Below the pieces are notes generated by a model. The model was not told where the DNA came from. It saw nothing but the letters and a program-made list of their open reading frames with translations, and ran no database searches. Position numbers and translations under genes: made by a program. Positions 1-8,884 of a stretch of 56,485 nt of DNA are shown one piece after another. The stretch is from a virus (lineage: Duplodnaviria > Caudoviricetes): positions 1-56,485 of IMG/VR virus record IMGVR_UViG_3300028025_001707. One strand, 5' to 3'. Numbering within the stretch: the first letter of the stretch is position 1; every line of letters starts with the position of its first letter.

Positions 1-2
1 AT

Positions 3-59
3 CAATACACGAAAGAGTACTGGCTAAAGGTAAGAGGTGAAATCTGTAATATAAGTTAA
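3..59 (+). CDS. 3' end of a truncated upstream ORF (...QYTKEYWLKVRGEICNIS*)
   Basis: Open frame from the window edge to TAA at 57-59, one base before the next ATG. Confidence 0.4.
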   Translation, partial: QYTKEYWLKVRGEICNIS

Positions 60-60
60 T

Positions 61-444
61 ATGAATGAGATAATTAATGGAAACCATGAGATCTTCAAGA
101 CGAGAAGTCGCAAGGCAGAGGTAGTGAGACAGAGACAAGAGGTTTACTACCATGCGTTTCAGAAGTACCAGAGTGCTCCTAAGATACAGCAGTACTTGCT
201 TGACAACTATAACTTCTCAGTGAACCAGTCAACGATATACTACTCGTGGCGTAAGGTGATGACATCACTTGCGGAGCTTACACCTCAGCAGTTTGAGGCT
301 GAGAACGATATCTTCAACAAGTACGAGCTTGCTGAGAGGTACGCAGCATATCAGCTGAGTCTTCACTCAGATGGCTACATGCGTGGTGACATCAGGCACA
401 AGATTCAGAAACTAACAGCAGGTTACGATGAAGGCATGGAGTGA
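61..444 (+). CDS. Small DNA-binding protein resembling the DnaA C-terminal (domain IV) HTH
   Basis: RSRKAEVVRQRQEVYY...NQSTIYYSWRKV parallels the DnaA domain IV pattern SRxREIVxxRQIAMY...DHSTVxHAxxKV; recognised by eye. Confidence 0.5.
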   Translation: MNEIINGNHEIFKTRSRKAEVVRQRQEVYYHAFQKYQSAPKIQQYLLDNYNFSVNQSTIYYSWRKVMTSLAELTPQQFEAENDIFNKYELAERYAAYQLSLHSDGYMRGDIRHKIQKLTAGYDEGME

Positions 445-820
445 ATTGAAGGAGAGGCCACACGTCTCGTTTGTTAAGACAGACAACAGTGAGTTCTATG
501 TAAACCACGGTGTGAAGATAGAACGGTTCAACGATGGAAGGATCGAGGTCAAGAACACAATGACCAACAGCGATCACTACGAGGATGTGCCCTGGGAAAT
601 CCTACAGATATTCAAGGAAGTAGGGTTCGATCACGGTGCATTCGCAGTGTGTTCGTATGTACACAAGAACAGAGCTGACAAGGTTATGTACAACATAGAG
701 CTTGCTCTAAGAGATGACAGGACTGAGCTTGCGGCTAGGTTAAATGATACGTACTTAAAAGTTTTCAACAAACATTTAGATTATGAGGAAAGGATAAGCA
801 AATTATCCTCATCTTTGTAG
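428..820 (+). CDS. Hypothetical phage protein
   Basis: 130-aa ORF overlapping the previous stop, with phage-like codon usage. Confidence 0.7.
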   Translation: MKAWSELKERPHVSFVKTDNSEFYVNHGVKIERFNDGRIEVKNTMTNSDHYEDVPWEILQIFKEVGFDHGAFAVCSYVHKNRADKVMYNIELALRDDRTELAARLNDTYLKVFNKHLDYEERISKLSSSL

Positions 821-871
821 CCCCTAATTAGTGATGGGTTAATTCACTACTCAACTCAAATCAATTTAATT

Positions 872-1378
872 ATGCACTGGAGACAGAATTTTAAAGACAG
901 TGACAAGTACCTAGGCGCAGTAGACCTATGGGACGACAAGAAGAAAGGCTACGCACAGCTCGTAGTAACCATCGACAAGTTCTTTGTTGATGAGATGGTA
1001 GGATCAATGGGTAAGGAACGTAAGGTGTTCTGTAAGCTCAAGGAGTTCACAAAGCCAATGGTTGTTAACGTTACTAACTTCAAGCGATTACAGAAGTTGT
1101 TCGAGACAGTCGAGCAGGACGTGTACCTAGGTAAGCCAATCGCACTAGGAGTGGAGAAGGTTTCATCACCTGAAGGTAAGGTTGACGCACTACGTTTCAG
1201 TAGCAGACCTCCGCAGGTAGCACAGAAGGAGGCTAAGCCTGGGATATCTGACGATGACTTCCCGAAGGCGATTGCATCGGTACAGAAAGGATCAACGACT
1301 ATCGAGAAGCTTATGGCGAGTCGTACACTTACACCTAACCAGATTAAACTGTTGAAGGATGCGATTGAGAACGTATAA
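872..1378 (+). CDS. Conserved phage protein, probable ssDNA-annealing/recombination partner of the exonuclease
   Basis: HWR...YLGAxDL...KPMVVNxTN...DALR pattern; lies directly before the exonuclease and SSB. Function is inferred from context. Confidence 0.55.
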   Translation: MHWRQNFKDSDKYLGAVDLWDDKKKGYAQLVVTIDKFFVDEMVGSMGKERKVFCKLKEFTKPMVVNVTNFKRLQKLFETVEQDVYLGKPIALGVEKVSSPEGKVDALRFSSRPPQVAQKEAKPGISDDDFPKAIASVQKGSTTIEKLMASRTLTPNQIKLLKDAIENV

Positions 1379-2126
1379 CATCGCACCACTTTTCTTAGGC
1401 ACGGATGGCCTAACAGAGGTACAGAGCAATAAGCTGGATGAGTTACTCAACAAGATCAAGATTACTGAGAAGCAGGCAGAGGAGAGAGATAAGCTGATCG
1501 CTAAACGTGACGCAGATGTAGATCTTCCAGTAGGTGCGAAGAGTCTTATTGAGTCTTATGTTGACAGTGAGGTATACGATTACAAGGATACGTTTGATAG
1601 CAAGGAAGTAGCGAAGGGTAGAGATGTTGAGGACCAAGCTATAGAGCTGTACAACCGTGTGTTCTTCACTGATCATAAGAAGATGACAGAGTTTGATGAG
1701 TACTACGAGCTGTCGCACAACAGTGTTGTTGGTCACCCAGATGTAGTTGACAAGGAGAACCTAATGGTTAAGGACGCGAAGAGTTCGTGGTCTAAGAAGA
1801 CCTTTCCTAAGACTCCTGAGAAGGCTGACAACAGTACGTACACATGGCAGGTCAAGACTTACCTGTACATGCTACGTGGTATGACTGGTATGGACTGGCG
1901 TAAAGGTGAGGTGTTCCATTCACTTGTAACTACTCCAGAGGAGTTGGTTCCAGAGTACGAGCACGACAGCTTACACTTCGCTGATAACCTAGCCGACAAC
2001 CTACGTGTGACTGTGTGTCCTGTGTACCTGTCAGATGATGACATCGTTCACATGGAGAGAAGAATTAAGGCGGCACAGAAGTATGCCGCAGAGTATAAGG
2101 ATTATTTATTAAACAAAAACAAATGA
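1359..2126 (+). CDS. PD-(D/E)XK exonuclease (YqaJ/lambda-exonuclease-like)
   Basis: KGRDVEDQAI, GHPDVV, KDAKSSW and YTWQVKTY motifs. Confidence 0.8.
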   Translation: MRLRTYNIAPLFLGTDGLTEVQSNKLDELLNKIKITEKQAEERDKLIAKRDADVDLPVGAKSLIESYVDSEVYDYKDTFDSKEVAKGRDVEDQAIELYNRVFFTDHKKMTEFDEYYELSHNSVVGHPDVVDKENLMVKDAKSSWSKKTFPKTPEKADNSTYTWQVKTYLYMLRGMTGMDWRKGEVFHSLVTTPEELVPEYEHDSLHFADNLADNLRVTVCPVYLSDDDIVHMERRIKAAQKYAAEYKDYLLNKNK

Positions 2127-2518
2127 CAAATCAATTTCAGATGACTGGTGTCATCAAGTTTATCGGAGATACTGCACAGGTATCTGAGAAGTTCAAGAAG
2201 CGTGAATTCGTTGTAACAGAGCTAAGTGACAAGGACTCGAAGTATGATCAGCACATAGCGTTCCAACTTACTCAGGACAAGTGCGACTTGATTAACTCAT
2301 TCGGAACGGGGCAGTCAGTTACCGTATCGTTCAATTTAAGAGGACGTGAGTGGGTTTCGCCACAAGGAGAGACTAAGTACTTTAACACATTGGAAGCATG
2401 GCGTGTAGAGGCAGATGTGATAAGCTCTCCTCAAGACTTAGGTACTTACGTACTTACTTCTGCACCTATTGAACCAGCTACATCCGCGCCAATAGATGAC
2501 GAGGATCTTCCTTTCTAA
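2123..2518 (+). CDS. Single-stranded DNA-binding protein (DUF3127-like)
   Basis: FKKREFVV, VSFNLRGREW, YFNTLEAWRV and an acidic C-terminus DDEDLPF. Confidence 0.85.
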   Translation: MTNQFQMTGVIKFIGDTAQVSEKFKKREFVVTELSDKDSKYDQHIAFQLTQDKCDLINSFGTGQSVTVSFNLRGREWVSPQGETKYFNTLEAWRVEADVISSPQDLGTYVLTSAPIEPATSAPIDDEDLPF

Positions 2519-2538
2519 TTAGGTAACCATAAACGTAG

Positions 2539-2569
2539 AGCCCACAGATGTAATGTCTGTGGGTTTTTT
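2539..2569 (+). terminator. Intrinsic terminator after the SSB gene
   Basis: AGCCCACAGA-loop-TCTGTGGGTT followed by a T run. Confidence 0.8.
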
Positions 2570-2589
2570 AACCAATTAATTTTAATCTC

Positions 2590-4977
2590 ATGATAACTCT
2601 ATTCAGGAACATATCTGAAACTGATAAACCTTACTACATATCTGTTGACAAGGCTCTTGATCGTATACGCACTGGTAAGTCAAAGGAGTTGTGTGAGCAG
2701 ATCAGGATGTACCCTGGGTCTGACAGTAAGCATAAGCGTAACGAGATCAAGAAGCATCTACCTGCAATATGTTTTAGTGGTAAGTTCACCAAGCGATCAA
2801 AGGCAGGAATAGTAGAGCACAGTGGGTTCATATGCATAGACTTCGATGGATTCATAGATGAGTGGTCAATGATAGACTACCGTGACTTCTTAGTGAAGGA
2901 CAAGTACTCTTACGCTGTGTTTACTTCTCCTAGTGGTGATGGACTGAAGGTGATTGTGAAGATACCAAAGGACATCGAAAGCCATCAGAATTACTTTTTA
3001 TCCCTAAAAAAATACTACAACGTCCCTGAGTTTGACAACAGCACTAAGGATATTAGCCGTGTATGCTACGAGTCATACGATCCAGAGCTATTTGTTAACG
3101 CAGATAGCGAGGAATTTAACCAAATAACTACCGAAGAACATACAGTATTTGACACCAAGACCTCACGTAACACCATTAAGCTAGACAACACCAACGAGAT
3201 AGTCAGAAGGCTACTTATATGGTGGGATCGTGACTTCGGAATGGTGCAAGGCCAGAAGAACAACAACTTGTTTATCCTAGCCTCAGCACTGAACGACTTT
3301 GGTATACCTGAGTCAGAGGCACAGACTGTTTTACTGAGCTACGATGAGGGAGACAAGGATCGTGAGATAATGAACATCGTTAGGTCTGCATACAAGAATA
3401 CAGCTGCTCATGGGAGCAAGTTCTATGAGGACAACGAGAAGGTTGACAGTATTAAGACCTTAGCAAAGAAAGGTACACCAGTTAGTGAACTTGTGAGTAT
3501 AAATAAGAACATAGCGTCTGATGTAGTTGAGGCTATAGCCTCAGATATTGAGACAGATAATCCCACAGTATTCTGGACAAAGAGCAGTAAGGGTGCTATA
3601 ACGCATATTAATCACCTGTACAAGGAATACCTTGAGTACCTTGGGTACGGTAAGTACTTTGTTGAGGGTGGAAGTGTGTTCGTATTTGTGAAGGTCCGCA
3701 ACAATATTGTTTCTGATGCAAACGATACGATGATCAAGGATCACGTAATTAATGACTACCTGTACAACCTTGAGGACAAGAGTATATACAACTACTTTGC
3801 TGACAAGAGTAAGCTGTTCAAGGAAGATCACCTATCGTTCTTAAACACTATTCACCCTAACATTATGAAGGATGACAAGGACGTATCGTATTTGTACTAC
3901 CGTAACTGTGTTGTGAAGGTGACAGCTGATAAGATTGAGACCATAGACTACTCAGATATTGATGGGTACATATGGCAGAACCAGATGATCAACAGAGACT
4001 ACGTACAGTGCGAGTACAAGGACAGCATCTACCGTAAGTTTGTACATAACATTGGAGGTCAAGAGTCTGATCGAATCAACAGCATTGAGTCAACAGCAGG
4101 ATACCTGATGCACAGCTACAAGCCACCGTCGTTCTCGCCTGCTGTAATTATTAATGACGAGGTGATATCTGACAATCCATCTGGAGGTACTGGTAAGGGA
4201 TTGTATGTTCAAGGGATCAGCCACATGAAGCGCATGGTTATCATTGATGGTAAGGCGTTCTCTTTCACTAAGTCGTTCCCATACCAGCGTGTATCTGCTG
4301 ATACTCAGCTACTTGTGTTCGATGACGTGAACAAAAACTTTGACTTCGAGAGACTATTCTCAGTTATTACTGAGGGTATAACACTTGAGAAGAAGAACAA
4401 GGACGAGATCCATATACCGTTCGAGCGATCACCGAAGATAGTGATCACGACTAACTATGCGATCAAGGGTGACGGTAACTCATTCGAGCGTCGTAAGTGG
4501 GAGCTAGAGTTCGCACAGTACTACAGCAAGGACTTTACGCCTGAGACAGAGTTCGGTCATCAGCTCTTCACTGAGTGGAGTAAAGAGGAGTGGGCTAAGT
4601 TTGACAACTACATGATTTCCAACCTACAGATGTACCTTAAGAAGGGACTACGTAAGGCCAAGTTCAAGAACCTACGTGAACGTAAGTTCATTGCTCAGAC
4701 TGACTACAACTTCTACGACTGGTGTGCTGACAAGGACAACATGCTGACTAAGAGTCATGCAGAGAATCCTGGGAATGCGCTGTACTACAGCTTCGTAGAG
4801 CAGAACCCTGACTACGGTCCACGAGGTAAGTTAGCTATTCCGCTGACTAAGTTCTACAAGTGGTTGGATCTATGGGGAGACTTTAAGTACAACTGTAAGC
4901 CTCACTCGTACAGATCAGCAGCAGGTAAGATGATTAGGTTTGATGTAAAGTATGACGAACAAGTTAATATGTTTTAG
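2590..4977 (+). CDS. Primase-helicase (VirE-N/BT4734-like primase domain, PriCT-like region, P-loop helicase)
   Basis: LPAICFSGKF, ICIDFD, FTSPSGDGLK and KDISRVCYESYDP in the N-terminus; Walker A GGTGKG; Walker B LLVFDD. Confidence 0.85.
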   Translation: MITLFRNISETDKPYYISVDKALDRIRTGKSKELCEQIRMYPGSDSKHKRNEIKKHLPAICFSGKFTKRSKAGIVEHSGFICIDFDGFIDEWSMIDYRDFLVKDKYSYAVFTSPSGDGLKVIVKIPKDIESHQNYFLSLKKYYNVPEFDNSTKDISRVCYESYDPELFVNADSEEFNQITTEEHTVFDTKTSRNTIKLDNTNEIVRRLLIWWDRDFGMVQGQKNNNLFILASALNDFGIPESEAQTVLLSYDEGDKDREIMNIVRSAYKNTAAHGSKFYEDNEKVDSIKTLAKKGTPVSELVSINKNIASDVVEAIASDIETDNPTVFWTKSSKGAITHINHLYKEYLEYLGYGKYFVEGGSVFVFVKVRNNIVSDANDTMIKDHVINDYLYNLEDKSIYNYFADKSKLFKEDHLSFLNTIHPNIMKDDKDVSYLYYRNCVVKVTADKIETIDYSDIDGYIWQNQMINRDYVQCEYKDSIYRKFVHNIGGQESDRINSIESTAGYLMHSYKPPSFSPAVIINDEVISDNPSGGTGKGLYVQGISHMKRMVIIDGKAFSFTKSFPYQRVSADTQLLVFDDVNKNFDFERLFSVITEGITLEKKNKDEIHIPFERSPKIVITTNYAIKGDGNSFERRKWELEFAQYYSKDFTPETEFGHQLFTEWSKEEWAKFDNYMISNLQMYLKKGLRKAKFKNLRERKFIAQTDYNFYDWCADKDNMLTKSHAENPGNALYYSFVEQNPDYGPRGKLAIPLTKFYKWLDLWGDFKYNCKPHSYRSAAGKMIRFDVKYDEQVNMF

Positions 4978-4979
4978 AT

Positions 4980-6224
4980 ATGAAAGAATTACGCGAATAC
5001 CAATCATCTGGAGCACAGAAAGGTCTAGGGATATTAAATATGTACAAGATTCTGTACATGGCTTGGGGAGTGAGAACTGGAAAGTCAGCTACTTCTATGG
5101 AGGTAGCTAGGCTTTTCGGTGCGAAGAATGTTCTGTTCTTGACTAAGAAGAAGGCTATATCATCCATCCAGTCTGACTACAACGACTTTGGTTTTAACAA
5201 TTATTATGATATAACAATACTTAACAATGAGTCATTGCACAAGCTAGAGAACCCTAGTCAGTACGACTTAGTGATCATGGATGAGTCACATAGGCACGGA
5301 TCGTTCCCTAAGCCGTCGGCAGGAGCGAAGCTATTCAGGCAGCTATTCAGCAGTAAACCTATGATCTTTCTATCTGGAACTCCGTTCCCTGAGTCATTCT
5401 CTCAGGCCTACCATCAGCTGTGGGTGTCAGACTACTCGCCTTGGCGCAGGTACTCAACGTTCTACAAGTGGGCCAATGACTACGCCATAGCTTCACAGAA
5501 GAGGATCGGTGCGTTCATGTACAACGACTACTCTAAAGGTATAGAGGACAAGATAATGGCAGACCTATCGCATCTGATGATCACATACACACAGCAACAA
5601 GCAGGATTCTCATCCACCATTGATGAAGAGATCGTACATGTGAAGATGAAGCCTCAGACGTATGCTATTATAAATCAGCTGTTCTCAGACAGAGTTGTAG
5701 AAGGTAAGGAAGAGGTGATACTCGCTGACACAGCAGCTAAGCTTATGCAGAAGGTACACCAGCTATGCGGAGGAACGATTAAGTTTGAGTCAGGAGTGTC
5801 GATGGTTCTTGATACCACTAAGGCAGAGTACATCAGAGATAGGTTTAGTTCTGATAAGATAGGTATATTCTATGTGTTCAAGGAGGAGCTCGTCGCTCTT
5901 AAGTCTATATTCTTAGACGACTTAACTACAGATATTGATGAGTTCAATACAGGTAAGTTTAAGGCTATCGCCTTACAAACGGTTTCTGGGCGTGAGGGTA
6001 TATCCTTAAAAAATGCAGACTACCTAGTGTTCTACAACATCATGCACAGTGCTGTGAGCTACTGGCAGGCGAGGGATCGTATGACTACCATTGATAGACT
6101 TAACAACAAGGTGTTCTGGATCTTCTCAGAGAATGGTATAGAGGACAAGATATACAAGGTCGTTAAGTCCAAGAAGAAGTACACACTGAACATATTTAAA
6201 AAAGACTACAAGGTTTGTGATTAA
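4980..6224 (+). CDS. Superfamily 2 (SNF2-like) helicase
   Basis: VRTGKS, DESH, LSGTP, GREGISL and QARDR motifs. Confidence 0.85.
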   Translation: MKELREYQSSGAQKGLGILNMYKILYMAWGVRTGKSATSMEVARLFGAKNVLFLTKKKAISSIQSDYNDFGFNNYYDITILNNESLHKLENPSQYDLVIMDESHRHGSFPKPSAGAKLFRQLFSSKPMIFLSGTPFPESFSQAYHQLWVSDYSPWRRYSTFYKWANDYAIASQKRIGAFMYNDYSKGIEDKIMADLSHLMITYTQQQAGFSSTIDEEIVHVKMKPQTYAIINQLFSDRVVEGKEEVILADTAAKLMQKVHQLCGGTIKFESGVSMVLDTTKAEYIRDRFSSDKIGIFYVFKEELVALKSIFLDDLTTDIDEFNTGKFKAIALQTVSGREGISLKNADYLVFYNIMHSAVSYWQARDRMTTIDRLNNKVFWIFSENGIEDKIYKVVKSKKKYTLNIFKKDYKVCD

Positions 6225-6245
6225 CTTATTATTGGTGTACATTTG
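6214..6245 (+). promoter_or_regulatory. Bacteroidota -33/-7 promoter
   Basis: TTTG (6214-6217), 20-nt spacer, TACATTTG (6238-6245); ATG 5 nt later. Confidence 0.75.
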
Positions 6246-6250
6246 CTCAA

Positions 6251-6508
6251 ATGCTTGAGTCAAAGATACAGTCCGCACTAATTAAAGACCTAGAGAGTAG
6301 AGGCTACTATGTCATAAAGCTATCAGTAACAAATAAGAACGGCATACCAGACATACTAGCCCTGCCTCCAGGGTGCAACGCTGAGTTCTACGAGGTAAAG
6401 CAGAAGGGCAAGCAACCAAAGCCAATACAAAAATTTAGGATGAATGAAATTAAGAAAGGAGGATTTGGAAAGGCGTTTGTCCATGATGGAACAACAAGAG
6501 AAGCGTAG
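6251..6508 (+). CDS. VRR-NUC domain nuclease
   Basis: ESKIQ...GIPDIL...FYEVKQ...PKPIQ. Confidence 0.85.
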   Translation: MLESKIQSALIKDLESRGYYVIKLSVTNKNGIPDILALPPGCNAEFYEVKQKGKQPKPIQKFRMNEIKKGGFGKAFVHDGTTREA

Positions 6509-6779
6509 CTATTTAGCTTACATGGATTTCAAGGATGGTATGTTGATAAGTGATATATGTAGGAAACATGCATGCCACGTTGACTCAATATACCCACACT
6601 TCAAGAAGTTCATGGCTGCTGAGACTACGAGGATAATACTAACTGTTAGCGGACATAAGTCAGAGCCATACTACAAGGAGGAGTCTGAGATGCTTGCCGA
6701 TAGGGTTTATAATTACGAAGATTTAAGTGATAAAGAAAGATGGTTCTATGAGTGCAGACAGCCACTACAACAACAGTAA
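6444..6779 (+). CDS. Hypothetical protein, possible HTH (true start may be ~40 nt downstream)
   Basis: ORF in the operon; GMLISDICRKH...SIY is HTH-like. Confidence 0.55.
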   Translation: MKLRKEDLERRLSMMEQQEKRSYLAYMDFKDGMLISDICRKHACHVDSIYPHFKKFMAAETTRIILTVSGHKSEPYYKEESEMLADRVYNYEDLSDKERWFYECRQPLQQQ

Positions 6780-6951
6780 CGGAAGCCTTTACAAGTTTGC
6801 TGAAGATCATGGGTTAAACGCCTACGAGTTTGATATATGCAAACGTATTGTAAGATGCCGTAAGAAAGGTCAGTTTATTGAAGACCTAGAGAAGACAAAG
6901 AGAGTAATTGATTTATATTTAAAAGAGCACAATGACAGAGGAAGGGATTAA
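6727..6951 (+). CDS. DUF3310/SaV-like small protein
   Basis: SHYN...KRIVRCRKKGQFIEDLEKTKRVID pattern. Confidence 0.65.
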   Translation: MIKKDGSMSADSHYNNSNGSLYKFAEDHGLNAYEFDICKRIVRCRKKGQFIEDLEKTKRVIDLYLKEHNDRGRD

Positions 6952-7243
6952 GCTAACAATGATAACAGCAGTTGGACCAGTGCTAGCTGACTTTATCGAT
7001 GACCTTATTGAAGAAGGTCTATTCAAGAACCACATCAAGTATAAGTTTCAGAATACTGCGGCACAGATCCGTAGCATTGATGAGTACTTCATGAAGGACG
7101 CAACGATTGAGGAGGGAGAGCAGCAGATCGCTCTACAGAGATTTTTCAGACAATGGGTAAAGCACATACATGAGCAAAGCACTGTACATAACGGACATAG
7201 TGATAACAGCGAGGAGGAAGAGGGAAGTACTGAAAATACATAA
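6932..7243 (+). CDS. Hypothetical protein
   Basis: ORF overlapping both neighbours in the operon. Confidence 0.6.
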   Translation: MTEEGIKLTMITAVGPVLADFIDDLIEEGLFKNHIKYKFQNTAAQIRSIDEYFMKDATIEEGEQQIALQRFFRQWVKHIHEQSTVHNGHSDNSEEEEGSTENT

Positions 7244-7415
7244 GATCCTTCACCCTGTGATCCTTACAGAGGATGGCCGCATACCACCAGAGGATCTAAA
7301 CCAACAACTACGCATGATGGTTAAGGATAGAGTGAAGAAGTTTGATGAGTGGACTTACTCTTACGAAGTGCTTCGATATGTCTTCAGTAGTAAGTTATAC
7401 GGAGATCGCTTGTAA
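7170..7415 (+). CDS. Hypothetical protein
   Basis: 81-aa ORF continuing the operon. Confidence 0.6.
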   Translation: MSKALYITDIVITARRKREVLKIHKILHPVILTEDGRIPPEDLNQQLRMMVKDRVKKFDEWTYSYEVLRYVFSSKLYGDRL

Positions 7416-7440
7416 ACTAAAAAATAAAGACATACATTTG
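7410..7440 (+). promoter_or_regulatory. Bacteroidota -33/-7 promoter
   Basis: TTG (7410-7412), 20 nt, TACATTTG (7433-7440); ATG 4 nt later. Confidence 0.75.
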
Positions 7441-7444
7441 CGAA

Positions 7445-7615
7445 ATGGATGTCAGACTAGTAACCTACGTTAACTCAGTTATGGACGAGTTCAACGAGCT
7501 CGGTTCAGACCTTTACGAGTCCATGATAGATATGGACAGAGAGGTAGTAAAAGACACAGCTATCAAGCTTAAGAAACTACTGAGCGACATACAACGATCC
7601 TACCATGAAGAATGA
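7445..7615 (+). CDS. 56-aa hypothetical protein not in the ORF track (MDVRLVTYVNSVMDEF...)
   Basis: Translated by hand; fills the gap between the promoter and the next gene. Confidence 0.7.
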   Translation: MDVRLVTYVNSVMDEFNELGSDLYESMIDMDREVVKDTAIKLKKLLSDIQRSYHEE

Positions 7616-8723
7616 AATAGAAAAAGCTATAGAGATATACCTATCGAAAAAAATCTCTAAGACAAATACAGCTAAAGAAGTAGCTAAAGAGTTAGGCATA
7701 CCATACGACAATGTATTTAGAAGAAGAATAGCTCGCAAGCTAGAGGTAGTTGACAATAGCGAGTTCAAGGATGAGTGTGAGAAGGTTGGTATAGATCCAT
7801 CAAACGTTAAGCACTACTGGTACAAAGGCAAGCACTTCTCAATCAACGTAAAGGGTGAAAGCAATGAGTTTAAGTATGAGGACTTTAAGGAAGACCTTAT
7901 TGCAGAGATATCTAAGTGGAGTCCGAAGTATTCGAAGATTAAGAGGAGTCATAGCGGTGAAGGTCACTGCATGGTGTTTAGTCCTGCTGATATTCACATT
8001 GGTAAGCTTGCTTCTTCCTTTGAGACTGGTGAGTCGTATGATCAACAGACTGCTGTAAAGAGGGTCAGAGAGGGCTTACATGGCATTATCAGTAAGTCAT
8101 CTGGGTTCTGTATCGATAAGGTGATATTCATCGCAGGAAACGACATCCTACATACTGATACACCTAAAAGAACAACTACAGCTGGTACACCTCAAGATAC
8201 TGACGGTATGTGGTACGACAACTTCATTACTGCAAAGAAGCTACTAGTCGAAATAATCGAAACGCTTGTTCAGATCGCTGACGTTGAGGTTCACTACAAT
8301 CCATCTAACCACGACTACATGAGTGGCTTCATGCTGCTAGACTCTATATCGTCTTGGTTCAGGAACCATCCGCAGGTTACATTCAACAGCGATATGTCGC
8401 ACCGTAAGTACACTGTCTATGGAGGCAACCTTATAGGCATGACTCACATGGATGGAGCTAAGCCTCAAGACCTACCACTACTTATGGCACACGAGGCTCC
8501 AAGTCAGTGGGCTGATTGTAAGCATAGGTACATCTACGGTCATCACGTACACCATAAGACCTCTAAGGACTATATGTCTGTATGTGTAGAGACGCTTCGC
8601 TCGCCATCTGGTACAGATAGCTGGCATCACAGAAATGGTTACCAGCATTCACCAAAGGCTGTAGAGGCATTTATACATCACAAAGATCATGGGCAGGTTG
8701 CCCGCTTAACTCACCTGTTCTGA
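7605..8723 (+). CDS. Calcineurin-like metallophosphoesterase with an N-terminal helical/HTH-like region
   Basis: DIHIGK, GNDILH, SNHD, THMD and GHHVHH metal-binding motifs. Confidence 0.8.
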   Translation: MKNEIEKAIEIYLSKKISKTNTAKEVAKELGIPYDNVFRRRIARKLEVVDNSEFKDECEKVGIDPSNVKHYWYKGKHFSINVKGESNEFKYEDFKEDLIAEISKWSPKYSKIKRSHSGEGHCMVFSPADIHIGKLASSFETGESYDQQTAVKRVREGLHGIISKSSGFCIDKVIFIAGNDILHTDTPKRTTTAGTPQDTDGMWYDNFITAKKLLVEIIETLVQIADVEVHYNPSNHDYMSGFMLLDSISSWFRNHPQVTFNSDMSHRKYTVYGGNLIGMTHMDGAKPQDLPLLMAHEAPSQWADCKHRYIYGHHVHHKTSKDYMSVCVETLRSPSGTDSWHHRNGYQHSPKAVEAFIHHKDHGQVARLTHLF

Positions 8724-8884
8724 TGGTTACCGTTGAAGAAATGAAGAGAGTAGTCGAGGACTACATCTATAAAAAGAAAGGTGTGCGTGTTCATATCGAA
8801 CTACGCTACCACCCTTTCTTAATTCAGTCAGATATCGACAAACTACACTACTGCTACAGTGTAGCGTTAGATTATAAGGGGTAA
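8723..8884 (+). CDS. 53-aa hypothetical protein not in the ORF track (MVTVEEMKRVVEDYIYKKKG...)
   Basis: TGATG overlap with the previous gene; its stop abuts the stop of the convergent giant ORF. Confidence 0.65.
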   Translation: MVTVEEMKRVVEDYIYKKKGVRVHIELRYHPFLIQSDIDKLHYCYSVALDYKG

